Source of the DNA: Promethearchaeota archaeon
Lineage (GTDB): Archaea; Asgardarchaeota; Lokiarchaeia; Sigyniarchaeales; SOKP01
DNA length: 64,000 nt
Direction: 5' to 3'
Assembly (NCBI GenBank): GCA_016840165.1
Contig: JAEOSU010000018.1
Span: forward strand, 28,902 to 92,901
Positions 28,054 to 37,406 of the stretch are shown here, piece after piece. Every line of letters begins with the position of its first letter. The first letter of the stretch is position 1. Position numbers and translations under genes: made by a program. Under the pieces are notes generated by a model, which had not been told where the DNA came from, searched no databases, and worked only from the letters and a program-made list of their open reading frames with translations.

Positions 28054-28143
28054 ATGAAAAAAAAAGTAAAATATCTATTAATATTCTTATTAATAATTAG
28101 TAGTTCAATCACGGGAGTAATATTATACGTATTAAATTTCTGA
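28054..28143 (+). CDS. Possible 29-aa single-TM/signal-like micro-protein or gene remnant
   Basis: ATG...TGA encoding MKKKVKYLLIFLLIISSSITGVILYVLNF; below the ORF-track size cutoff. Confidence 0.3.
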   Translation: MKKKVKYLLIFLLIISSSITGVILYVLNF

Positions 28144-28336
28144 AAAATCTACATCAAGTGAAGAGATTTATTTTCTAAAGTTGATGTCTAATTGATCCAA
28201 ATAACAGATATTTATATCATCTTATAAATTTTATATAGAATTTTAGCAATAACCAAATAATAAATATTGTTAATTTTTCAATTATATAAGACTAAAAACT
28301 TTTTAGTCGATAATTTATTAGCGTTGAGGATTAAGA

Positions 28337-29389
28337 TTGGATAGAGCGATCATTCATTCCATAGTATACACTGAATTTAATGATGAATTAGGTCCAAATC
28401 CACTTTTTTGTCTTCCACAAGATTTGTCAGAGAACATTTCAATGCTTGTAAGCATTAAAACGGTTACGATCCTCTCAGCTGATCATGGTTTTATACCAGA
28501 TTCGCTTATAATTATTCCTTTTCCCTCGTTGAAATTAAAAGGTTTAATTAAATATATAGAAAGAGACGACGAATCAAGACGGGGAAAAGTTGCTCAATCT
28601 GCAATCACATTTTTATTTCGAGAAGTTGAAGATATCCTCTTTTATAAATATATGAACTATTTCAATTCTCCTTTTAATGAGACCACCCGTAAAATAGTTG
28701 AATTAGAAAATCAAAATCAGGATAAATCGCTGATATTTAGAGAAATTGAGAATTTAAAAGATAGTATTCACGCATTATTAAAAGATTTTAGGATTAAAGA
28801 ATTTCAGCAATTCTCTTATAAAGAATTTCCTGAAATAAAAAAATTAACTGAAAAAGAAGTTGATTTAAAGGCGAAAATAGTAATTATTGGAGATCCAGGA
28901 GTCGGAAAAACAAGTACTATTTTACGTTTTACTGATAATGCATTTAAAAGAAGCTATATCCCCACTATGGGCACAAACATAACTGAAAAGAGTTTTAGAG
29001 TTAAGGATAATATAATAGAGTTGATTCTATGGGATTTAGCAGGACAAAGTAAGTTCGAACTTATGCGAAAACATTTTTATCAAGGCGCTGAAGCTGTTAT
29101 ACTTATTTTTGATTTAACAAATCCTAAATCCTTTCAAAGTGTAATTCAGTGGTTTGAAGATATCGAGAATAACTTAATACTTGAGCATGAGCTTATTGGA
29201 TGTCTCTTTGGAAACAAAACTGATTTAACTAATGGACGTAAAATTGGTACTAATGAAGCACAAAAATTAGCCTCCCAGTTAAATCTAGATTACTTTGAAA
29301 CTTCGGCTCTAACAGGAAAAAATGTAGAAAATGCATTTTATAAGATCGCAGAGAAAATTATTGAAGTAAGAAAGCCAGATTTAGCATAA
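28337..29389 (+). CDS. Longin/uDENN - Rab-like small GTPase fusion (tandem paralogue)
   Basis: TEFNDELGPNP and DDESRRGK; GTPase motifs GDPGVGKTS, YIPTMG, WDLAGQ, GNKTD and ETSA. TTG start after GAGG. Confidence 0.9.
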   Translation: MDRAIIHSIVYTEFNDELGPNPLFCLPQDLSENISMLVSIKTVTILSADHGFIPDSLIIIPFPSLKLKGLIKYIERDDESRRGKVAQSAITFLFREVEDILFYKYMNYFNSPFNETTRKIVELENQNQDKSLIFREIENLKDSIHALLKDFRIKEFQQFSYKEFPEIKKLTEKEVDLKAKIVIIGDPGVGKTSTILRFTDNAFKRSYIPTMGTNITEKSFRVKDNIIELILWDLAGQSKFELMRKHFYQGAEAVILIFDLTNPKSFQSVIQWFEDIENNLILEHELIGCLFGNKTDLTNGRKIGTNEAQKLASQLNLDYFETSALTGKNVENAFYKIAEKIIEVRKPDLA

Positions 29390-29539
29390 ATTAATTCTTC
29401 CAACTAAGATTTATAATTAAGTTATAAAAATCTAAATTTTATAGTCTTATTCAAAATAGTTTAATTGGATAGTAATAAAAATAAACATTGCTAAATATTA
29501 TTTAAATTAGATTTTTATATTCTTGGGTGGAATCTAAGC

Positions 29540-30757
29540 ATGGTAAATTTTACCTTTGATGATTGGATCATAGGTGTTTCTACATTAGTAATTTTATTAT
29601 TTGGTTATGGATTAGGGTCCTACTTTTTTTACAAGTCAATAAAGATGAAGACTATGCTCCTTAGCATGCTAAGTTTGTCGATGATAAGTGTGAGTTTTGC
29701 ATGGCTACCCATTGTTTTAGATTTCTTTTTAGTGCTTTTTACTAATACAAGTGGAGAACTTTTAGTTTATATATATTTAACTTGGGGTCAACTCCCTTTT
29801 AGCGTTTTTTTAAGTCAATATGTGGCTGCGGAACTCCTTTTACCATCAAAAAAGATATATATCATTTATTTCTTAGAAATAATCGGAATACTTTTCTTAG
29901 TATTTCTATTTTTAGATCCGGTCAATTCTGTTATCCCTGTAGGATATCCTGCGGAAAACTTTTATTATAAGATTAGTATTAAAAATAATTCATTTCTAGG
30001 GATTTTTGGTCTTATATTAATCCTTTTTGTCTTTATCTTTTCTGGTATAGGTTATATTTATAAATCTTCCATTTCTAAGCCTCAAATTAAAAATAATTTT
30101 AGATTTTTAGGAATAGGAATGATATTTATTTATTTATTTGGTTTTCTAGACAGTATTCTTAATGGGATCTTTCTTGTTTTAGTAAGAATAGGGGCGATTG
30201 TCGGGCTCTTTTTATCCTACTGGGGGCTTAAACCAAGAATTCAAAAAAAACATCATGATTATGATAATCGTGTGAAGGTGATTACTTATTTTCTCCATAA
30301 GCCAAAATCCGCGGATATTTCAGGAGAGATCGAATATTATCGTGATTTATTAAAACGGCCAATAGTTTTATTCATAAGTTTTTATCTTGGAGATTTAAAA
30401 ATATTTAAGATAAGAGAGGTTATCCAAAAATTAAAAGTTTATCCTGAAATCAAAGATATTATTTATCGGACTTATGAAACCAATGAAAACATGTTTGAGT
30501 TTACACAAAATGTTATTGATAAATTTGACATAATGCTAGTATTTTGTTCAAAAGAAGCATTAAGTTCAATAGAGGTCAAAAATCAATGGATAAGTGCTCT
30601 TGAAAACAAGAAATCAATCATCCCTGTGTTTATAAAATCAGATTACGTGCCAGATCTATTGAAGAATAATGAAGGATTATTATATGATTTATATGACTTT
30701 GACAAAACAGTCTTAAATTTACGGCATTTAATATTAAAAGCAATTTTCAGTAAATAA
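29540..30757 (+). CDS. 7TM membrane protein with C-terminal TIR-like domain
   Basis: Seven hydrophobic segments in aa ~8-230, then LFISF...FDIMLVFCSKEALSS.EVKNQW..A....IIPVF...VP.LL, a TIR-type pattern. Confidence 0.7.
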   Translation: MVNFTFDDWIIGVSTLVILLFGYGLGSYFFYKSIKMKTMLLSMLSLSMISVSFAWLPIVLDFFLVLFTNTSGELLVYIYLTWGQLPFSVFLSQYVAAELLLPSKKIYIIYFLEIIGILFLVFLFLDPVNSVIPVGYPAENFYYKISIKNNSFLGIFGLILILFVFIFSGIGYIYKSSISKPQIKNNFRFLGIGMIFIYLFGFLDSILNGIFLVLVRIGAIVGLFLSYWGLKPRIQKKHHDYDNRVKVITYFLHKPKSADISGEIEYYRDLLKRPIVLFISFYLGDLKIFKIREVIQKLKVYPEIKDIIYRTYETNENMFEFTQNVIDKFDIMLVFCSKEALSSIEVKNQWISALENKKSIIPVFIKSDYVPDLLKNNEGLLYDLYDFDKTVLNLRHLILKAIFSK

Positions 30758-30772
30758 TCTGGTTTTCCGTGT

Positions 30773-31555
30773 TCAATTTTCTTTTTGGCAAGTAGGACAA
30801 AAAAAACCATGACGCCCCAAGATTTCATATCTTTTAATTGGTGTGTGACAAATAGGACAATTTTCTTCTTCAATTCGGTGAGGAATTATTAATTTACTTG
30901 AATAAGTTGCGAGATTTCCTTTTTTTCTGATCCCATACTTAAGAATCTCTTTAATATTTGTAAATAACTCTTTTAATTGATATTCCTGTAAAATATTTAT
31001 TTTAGTTAGGGGATTTATTTGAGTTCTGAATAAAATTTCATCAGAATAAATATTTCCAATTCCACATATAATCCTTTGATTCATAAGTGCGGTCTTAACA
31101 TTAGTAGTTCTTCGTTTTAAACTCATTAAAAACTCTTCATAACTCATAGTAAGTGCATCGGGTCCTAATCTATTTTTATTGATATATTTCTTATAGTCGT
31201 CAGTAATATCTAATTTGCCAAACATTCTTGTAGATATATATGATAATATATGATTATTTGTGAACTCGAACAAAACTTTACTGTACTTTGGTTCTTCTTC
31301 TCCCCTTCTGTAGTATTCTAAATCTCCTGTCATACCAAAATGCATAACTAAGAAAAATGAATTACATTCTACAAATAAATATTTTCCATGACGAGTAACT
31401 GAGTTAAATTTTTTACCCCGAAGGGTATTTATAAATATATTTTCCTCTATTGAGAGAATCCGAGTATCTTTAATTTTGATATTTTTAATTTGCTTATTTA
31501 AAGAGGTGGATTCAAAATATTGCTTAAAAGTCTCAACTTCTGGAAGTTCTGGCAT
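30773..31555 (-). CDS. mutM: Formamidopyrimidine-DNA glycosylase (Fpg/Nei family)
   Basis: N-terminal PELPEVE, RHGKY, HFGMTG, GIGNIYSDE and C-terminal CPIC...CPTCQ zinc finger. Confidence 0.93.
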   Translation of the reverse strand: MPELPEVETFKQYFESTSLNKQIKNIKIKDTRILSIEENIFINTLRGKKFNSVTRHGKYLFVECNSFFLVMHFGMTGDLEYYRRGEEEPKYSKVLFEFTNNHILSYISTRMFGKLDITDDYKKYINKNRLGPDALTMSYEEFLMSLKRRTTNVKTALMNQRIICGIGNIYSDEILFRTQINPLTKINILQEYQLKELFTNIKEILKYGIRKKGNLATYSSKLIIPHRIEEENCPICHTPIKRYEILGRHGFFCPTCQKEN

Positions 31556-31584
31556 AATCTAAATTAGATTTTTAGTTTAATCAA

Positions 31585-32553
31585 TCAAATAAGGTGCTTT
31601 TCTTTCATTTCTGAGAAAAATTGTACTAAATTCACATTTCCTCCACTTAATATAACCCCTATTCGCTTATTTTTAGTTAGCTCATTATTTAATAATTGAA
31701 AAAGTAAGGGCGCAAGTGAGACTGCTCCAGAGGGTTCAGCTACAATTTTTAAATTCTCAAGATAAAACATCATCGCTTTAAGAATTTGTTCTTCACTAAC
31801 AGTTATTATGTCGTCAACATATTTCTGAATGATTGGAAAAGTGTTCTCACCTAAGGAAGTTCGTAATCCATCAGCAATAGTATCAGGATTTTCAACTAAT
31901 AATCTCTCTCCTGATTTGAAAGACCGATAGGCATCATCAGCATTTTTGGGTTCTACTCCTATTACTTTTATACTCCGATCTAAGCCTTTTGCCGCAAGAG
32001 CTGTTCCACTTAACAATCCTCCACCGCCAACTGGTACTAATATCAAGTCTAATTTACCTACTTCTCTTAGGAGTTCATAAGCAACTGTACCTGCTCCAAA
32101 AATAACATGATTGTCATTGTGAGGATGAATAAGGCTAAGACCTTTTTCGTTAGCTAACTTTTTAGCCATTTTCTCGCGATCATGTGGATTATTCCCACTA
32201 AATATAATCTCTGCTCCATATTCTTCAGTTGCTTTTCTTTTAAATTCTGAAGTATTTTCTGGCATTACTATTGTTGCTTTAATCCCCAGCATCTTTGCTA
32301 CTAAAGCCACTGCTTGAGCATGATTTCCGGAGGAATGAGCAATAATGCCTCTTTCTCGCATATCCTGCGAAAGCTGACTAATCGCATTCCAGGCACCCCT
32401 AAATTTAAACGACCCAGTCTTTTGGAAATTTTCACATTTGATATAGACCATTTTAGCTTGATTCAATTCATTAAGTATTCTTGACCTTATTATAAGAGTA
32501 GAATTTGCGATTCTACCAACAATCTTATTCGCTAATTTAATTTGTGAAAACAT
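31585..32553 (-). CDS. PLP-dependent threonine/serine ammonia-lyase (serine racemase/dehydratase-like; no regulatory domain)
   Basis: KCENFQKTGSFKFRGA, SSGNHAQ, PVGGGGL, EPSGA and SGGN. Confidence 0.9.
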   Translation of the reverse strand: MFSQIKLANKIVGRIANSTLIIRSRILNELNQAKMVYIKCENFQKTGSFKFRGAWNAISQLSQDMRERGIIAHSSGNHAQAVALVAKMLGIKATIVMPENTSEFKRKATEEYGAEIIFSGNNPHDREKMAKKLANEKGLSLIHPHNDNHVIFGAGTVAYELLREVGKLDLILVPVGGGGLLSGTALAAKGLDRSIKVIGVEPKNADDAYRSFKSGERLLVENPDTIADGLRTSLGENTFPIIQKYVDDIITVSEEQILKAMMFYLENLKIVAEPSGAVSLAPLLFQLLNNELTKNKRIGVILSGGNVNLVQFFSEMKEKHLI

Positions 32554-32649
32554 TTTTATCAGTCTCTTTATTCAAAATATCTTACAATTTAAATTGTTTT
32601 AGCTAAATTTTTGGTAGTTTTTTAAAAAAAAAGAAAAATTAATAGAAAT

Positions 32650-33450
32650 TTATTTTCTAAACCATCTTATTATATTATAAATGATTCCAACTGAGATAAC
32701 TATTAGGGCAATTAGTGCAGTGATGGCAACTGTTAAATTTAAAGTACTCTGTTTATACCAAATTCCAAATAATGCCCAGACAATGACTAAACTATATGCG
32801 GTATCCTTCTTTAGGAGTATCATCGCATAAGTTATGATAACTACTACGAGAATCACTAAAATTGTCCAGATCTCAGCAATTAAATTAGGTCCAGTCCCAC
32901 CTGCAGCTACTGCTACACCGTCAGCTACACCAGCTGATATTAAGACTGCTGTAATGTTAGCTACTGTAGCTACTGAAATCCAGCCCAAATACACGCTAAA
33001 TGGCACGTGTACCGCGATCTTTTCCCATCGGGGGACTTCTGCTCCGCCAATATCTAGTCGTCTGTATATTTGTAATAAACAAATTAGGAGGATTAACATC
33101 ATTACTAGCGATAGGGGAATTAAAACATAATGCCAAAAGAAGATCCACGCAAAATTTGCAAGATTTCCAATAATAAAATAATAGCTAATTTTATCTAAAT
33201 AGGGCATGTCAGTTTCTTCCTTTTTGAAGACATCTCTGATTTGATATAAAGAAAATAGAGAAAGCAAAAAGTATATAACACCCCAAATCGCGAAAGTTAA
33301 TCCCGCGGGTACAAATAAGTTTGGAATTGCATCAGATAATTCACCCGTATTTCGACCTCCAATCGGAATAATGTTTGCTAAAGCATTTACAGTAATAGTA
33401 GCAATGTTAGTAACCAAATTTAAGACTTGTAATATGATTTTTTTATTCAT
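32650..33450 (-). CDS. Tryptophan-rich sensory protein-like membrane protein
   Basis: PAGLTFAIWGVIY and PFSVYLGWISVATVAN; multi-TM. Confidence 0.7.
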   Translation of the reverse strand: MNKKIILQVLNLVTNIATITVNALANIIPIGGRNTGELSDAIPNLFVPAGLTFAIWGVIYFLLSLFSLYQIRDVFKKEETDMPYLDKISYYFIIGNLANFAWIFFWHYVLIPLSLVMMLILLICLLQIYRRLDIGGAEVPRWEKIAVHVPFSVYLGWISVATVANITAVLISAGVADGVAVAAGGTGPNLIAEIWTILVILVVVIITYAMILLKKDTAYSLVIVWALFGIWYKQSTLNLTVAITALIALIVISVGIIYNIIRWFRK

Positions 33451-33622
33451 TTTTACACCTTCTTTGTGAAACTTAATTTCTTATAAATTTTTTTTAGAGG
33501 TTATCAGGTAAATCTAATTTGTATCTTATAAAACTTTTTCATCTTTAATTTATTAATATTAACCTTCTAAAAGATCAAACGGATAATCGTTGTCGAATAA
33601 TTTTTTATAAAATTTTAAAAAA

Positions 33623-34309
33623 CTACCCAAAAATAATTTTTTCAATAAGAAAATAGAAAAAGTTTGCCGCACCGAGGTATAAAAGCATAACTACGAATGC
33701 TAAAATAATTTTAACATAGAATTTACTCACTTCATATTTATAGAATAGATAAAAGGTAGATAATCCAAGAATGACTTCTGGTAAAATAATATAAACAGCT
33801 AAATGATCAAATAGGAGAATAACGTTCTGCGGGTACCAAGAAAAGACCCACATCGACATCTCAGCACCGCTAAATATTATCAATGAGAGGAAAGTCGCTA
33901 TAATATATGCCTTATTAACGGAGTCACGTTCTCTTATTCTTAAAGATATGAAACAAATAATAAAAAGAGGAATTACCCATAAACCTAACATATATGCGGA
34001 TACGGTTCCTATTTTGAAAAATCCATCGTCCGGAAAAACCAAGATATTTAATTGAGCAGATAAGTACCAATCGGGAAATACTTGAAAAAAACTTATGAAA
34101 ACAACGAAAAAGTACAATTTAAGCCATATTGAATAATTTCGAATTATTCCAACCAAAAATATTAATAGATTATAGTTTAGTACAAGAATAAATAATTTAA
34201 TTCCAATTAAAATTGGAAAAGGAATAACTAATATCACAACACAGATTGCAATAAAAAGAAGATGGGAGTAAATAAAGTCTTTTTCTATAGGTAAAAGTCT
34301 TACCATCAT
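33623..34309 (-). CDS. Hypothetical polytopic membrane protein
   Basis: Hydrophobic ORF with conserved-looking FQVFPDWYLS...LVFPDDG. Confidence 0.7.
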   Translation of the reverse strand: MMVRLLPIEKDFIYSHLLFIAICVVILVIPFPILIGIKLFILVLNYNLLIFLVGIIRNYSIWLKLYFFVVFISFFQVFPDWYLSAQLNILVFPDDGFFKIGTVSAYMLGLWVIPLFIICFISLRIRERDSVNKAYIIATFLSLIIFSGAEMSMWVFSWYPQNVILLFDHLAVYIILPEVILGLSTFYLFYKYEVSKFYVKIILAFVVMLLYLGAANFFYFLIEKIIFG

Positions 34310-34358
34310 AATAAATAATAAAAAGAAAAAAAATTAAAAATAGTTTTTTATATTACCC

Positions 34359-36422
34359 CTAGAATGGTCCAGTAAGAGAGGCATAAACACAAGGATGATC
34401 GGCAGCATTTCCGCCGGTATAAAGCACCCGTGAGACTGTGGTGTTTAGATCTCCCGATACAAATATGTGATCAATTCGAGCGTGTGGTAATCGTGGAACC
34501 CAACTATCTGGAACATCTCCTATCAATTGTAAAGAAGGTGGTACTAATTCCCAGCAATCATATAGTTCAGCAACCGTTATATTATATTGTTCTGTATTTG
34601 GTCGAAAATTAAAATCTCCCATCAATATAACATTCTGTAATCCCGGTATAAGGGATAGGATATTTTCTTGTTGTACTATTTGGGATCTATCCTCAGCAGG
34701 ATCCTCATAATTTCCAAGATGTGTAACAAAAATATTAAATTCAGTAGTTCCTACTATGATTTTTACCCAGATAGTCGCGGTTTGTTCTCCTTTACTTTCC
34801 ATATAAAATGTTCTTGGATTAAGTATAGGATATTTTGATAAAAGGGCAATCCCATAAGTGCCAGTCACGGTTTTCGGCCCATAATATGAATAAAGCTTCA
34901 ACTGATTATCGATAAATCTTACGATATCAGTATTACCACTTGAAATCCTACACGTGTCTGATTCTTGTAATGCGATAATATCTCCATCTAAATTCTTTAT
35001 AACTTCATACTGACCTTCAAAATTTTTGTTTCCACTATCATCTGAGCCTTGCTGGATGTTATAGGATACAATTGATAAGGATGCATTTGAAACAGGTCGT
35101 TGATAAGGAAATTCAAAAATTATCGTCGGAACAATGGAAGCAATTATTAAAATAATAATAATTACCATCGTTTGCTTTTTATTACTAAGTATTGAGACTG
35201 TTTTTTCCCTAATAACTTGAACATTTTTAGCGACCAATATAAATGGGAGAAAGAAAGAAAGTCCTAGTATGAGATATACTAACCAAATCATGTCGCGAAA
35301 TATATCTCCCACTAAAGGTATATAATCCCAGACGATTGTAAATACAGCAGATAAAACCATAATTAGAAAGAAACCGCTAGCTATAAAGTAGCTTCCCCCT
35401 AACTTTCTCGTACTCGGTTTGCTTCTAAATAGTTCTTGAGATAACATGATAAAGTCTATGAATATTATTGGACTTAGGATCAGCATTATGATTAAAAACA
35501 GAATACTTAGTATATTGGATTCAACAAAATAGGGATATATATCAATAAAAGCAAAGAAAACGGTGTTACTCAAAAGCACGATAACTAAACTTGCTATAAA
35601 TATTACATTCCATAATAATAACATCCATTTATTTAGTCGTTTTAGGATTTCGGGGCGATATAGTTGTAAGAATAGAAATAGAGCATTTGGACATAAAAAT
35701 AATATAAGGATCAATAAATAGTCTACTTCTGTCCATCTTGCTAAAACAGTAGGACTTGTAAAAGCAAAATATAATAGTGTGATTATCCCCATCATTGCAA
35801 TGCTCAAGCTTAAAATTTTCCATTTACTACCTGGTTGTATTTTTAGGTTATCTTTAGTATCTAATGGAGGTTCTTCTTGGACCCTTTTATTGATGAGTGG
35901 AATCATAATGGCTAAATAAATTGCAAAAATCCATCCAATCCACATGAACCAACTATATGTTGATAAATCAATCGAACTTCCAAGTACTCTTAAAGTAACC
36001 GATAGAAATACCGAAATTGCTAATCCAATGCCCAAATGTAACCCTTTTTTTTCAAAGTGTCCTTTCCCCAATTTATGAAGAAAGACCGGAAAAAATACCA
36101 TGAAACATCCTAATCCTATCCCAGTTATTATCATCTTTAGTTGTACCGGCATTAATGGCTGTAAAATCCTGCACAATACCATTATTTCTCCAATTATAAT
36201 AAATCCTATATTCGGAAAACCTCTTTTAAAGAAAAGGAGAATAATTGGAGTTAAAAGGAAGAATAAAGCTAAGACATTTTCGTTTAATTCTACTTCAATT
36301 AGATTTAAGGCATAGATAGATTCCACGAAGTCGTTTATGAGTTGAAAGAAGAATAGAAACAAGATACTGATTACTACTAATTCAGAATAAATTTTTGTAC
36401 TATATTTTTTGTAGATTTCCAT
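34359..36422 (-). CDS. Polytopic membrane protein with C-terminal endonuclease/exonuclease/phosphatase domain (CWH43/PGAP2IP-like)
   Basis: About 13 TM helices followed by SYNIQQG, ALQESD, GIALLSKYP, THLG, MGDFN, RIDHIF and DHP. Confidence 0.8.
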   Translation of the reverse strand: MEIYKKYSTKIYSELVVISILFLFFFQLINDFVESIYALNLIEVELNENVLALFFLLTPIILLFFKRGFPNIGFIIIGEIMVLCRILQPLMPVQLKMIITGIGLGCFMVFFPVFLHKLGKGHFEKKGLHLGIGLAISVFLSVTLRVLGSSIDLSTYSWFMWIGWIFAIYLAIMIPLINKRVQEEPPLDTKDNLKIQPGSKWKILSLSIAMMGIITLLYFAFTSPTVLARWTEVDYLLILILFLCPNALFLFLQLYRPEILKRLNKWMLLLWNVIFIASLVIVLLSNTVFFAFIDIYPYFVESNILSILFLIIMLILSPIIFIDFIMLSQELFRSKPSTRKLGGSYFIASGFFLIMVLSAVFTIVWDYIPLVGDIFRDMIWLVYLILGLSFFLPFILVAKNVQVIREKTVSILSNKKQTMVIIIILIIASIVPTIIFEFPYQRPVSNASLSIVSYNIQQGSDDSGNKNFEGQYEVIKNLDGDIIALQESDTCRISSGNTDIVRFIDNQLKLYSYYGPKTVTGTYGIALLSKYPILNPRTFYMESKGEQTATIWVKIIVGTTEFNIFVTHLGNYEDPAEDRSQIVQQENILSLIPGLQNVILMGDFNFRPNTEQYNITVAELYDCWELVPPSLQLIGDVPDSWVPRLPHARIDHIFVSGDLNTTVSRVLYTGGNAADHPCVYASLTGPF

Positions 36423-36561
36423 AATTATAGTTCATCACATTTTTGTATTTAAAATTATAATGAATTTTTTTCTAAATTAAGATAGAATTAAATATTTCCT
36501 TATATTGATCTTCTTTTATTACATAATTTTTGATTATAGTATCAAAGAGTATTGAAAAACA

Positions 36562-37389
36562 ATGGTTGATGTTAAAAGATATAGGGAAGAATTTAGTGAA
36601 CCGCATTATTTTGTTTCTACTTCTGATGATAAAATATTATTTTTAAGAGCATGGGTTCCTCAAGAAGAGACTGATATCGCAATCCTTATCTTTCATGGCA
36701 TTACTGCTCATAGTGGGCCATATGTAATGATAGGAGAAGCTTTATCGAAGTTTGGATATGCCGTTTATGGTTTGGATCTTCGAGGGCACGGACTCTCTGA
36801 CGGAAATCGCGGAGATTATCCTAGCAAGGAAAGTTTCATTGAAGATATAGGTGAAACTATATCCTTTATAAAAAAGAGGCATAAACGTTTGCTGATATTA
36901 GGACATAGTTTAGGGATAATGACGGCGATTTATGCTTCAAATTACTTTTTAGAGGATATTGAAGGTTTAATATTCTTAAGTGGTGCTAGAACCATAAGAC
37001 CAGGAGTTTATACAAAAACTTCTACTTTTAAGAAACTTAAAATTCTTTTTAGCTCCATTTTTAAACCTAGTAAGCCGGTTATATCTTATCAGCGGGAAGG
37101 AATGACTGGTTTAGATGATCCCCTCTATAATTTTAAATACACGCTCCGTTTTATAAAAATCTTTAATTTAAATAAGGTTAGTTTTCCTGAGCATTTAGAT
37201 ATCCCTGTTCTTTTAGGAATCGGAGAGAACGATGAATTATTCACAGTTGAATCTGCTCGCTCATTATTTGATGAAATTCCAAGTGGGAATAAAAAGTTTA
37301 TTATACTTCCTGGAGCTAAGCATGCTGAATTTCCTCCAAACTCGTGGAAAGAATTGGTTGAATGGTTAGTCTCAACATTTAAAGCTTAA
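36562..37389 (+). CDS. Alpha/beta hydrolase (lysophospholipase/monoacylglycerol lipase-like)
   Basis: FHG, DLRGHGLS, nucleophile GHSLG, GEND and C-terminal His in GAKH. Confidence 0.9.
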   Translation: MVDVKRYREEFSEPHYFVSTSDDKILFLRAWVPQEETDIAILIFHGITAHSGPYVMIGEALSKFGYAVYGLDLRGHGLSDGNRGDYPSKESFIEDIGETISFIKKRHKRLLILGHSLGIMTAIYASNYFLEDIEGLIFLSGARTIRPGVYTKTSTFKKLKILFSSIFKPSKPVISYQREGMTGLDDPLYNFKYTLRFIKIFNLNKVSFPEHLDIPVLLGIGENDELFTVESARSLFDEIPSGNKKFIILPGAKHAEFPPNSWKELVEWLVSTFKA

Positions 37390-37406
37390 AAAAAGAGGTT
37401 AGATAT

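Noticed and set aside
13793-30757. Thoeris-like defence system from the SLOG, macrodomain and TIR genes
   Set aside because: The genes are separated by several kb and unrelated genes. The SLOG and macrodomain proteins are ordinary stand-alone types without SIR2 or TM effector fusions, and the TIR appears to lack its catalytic Glu.
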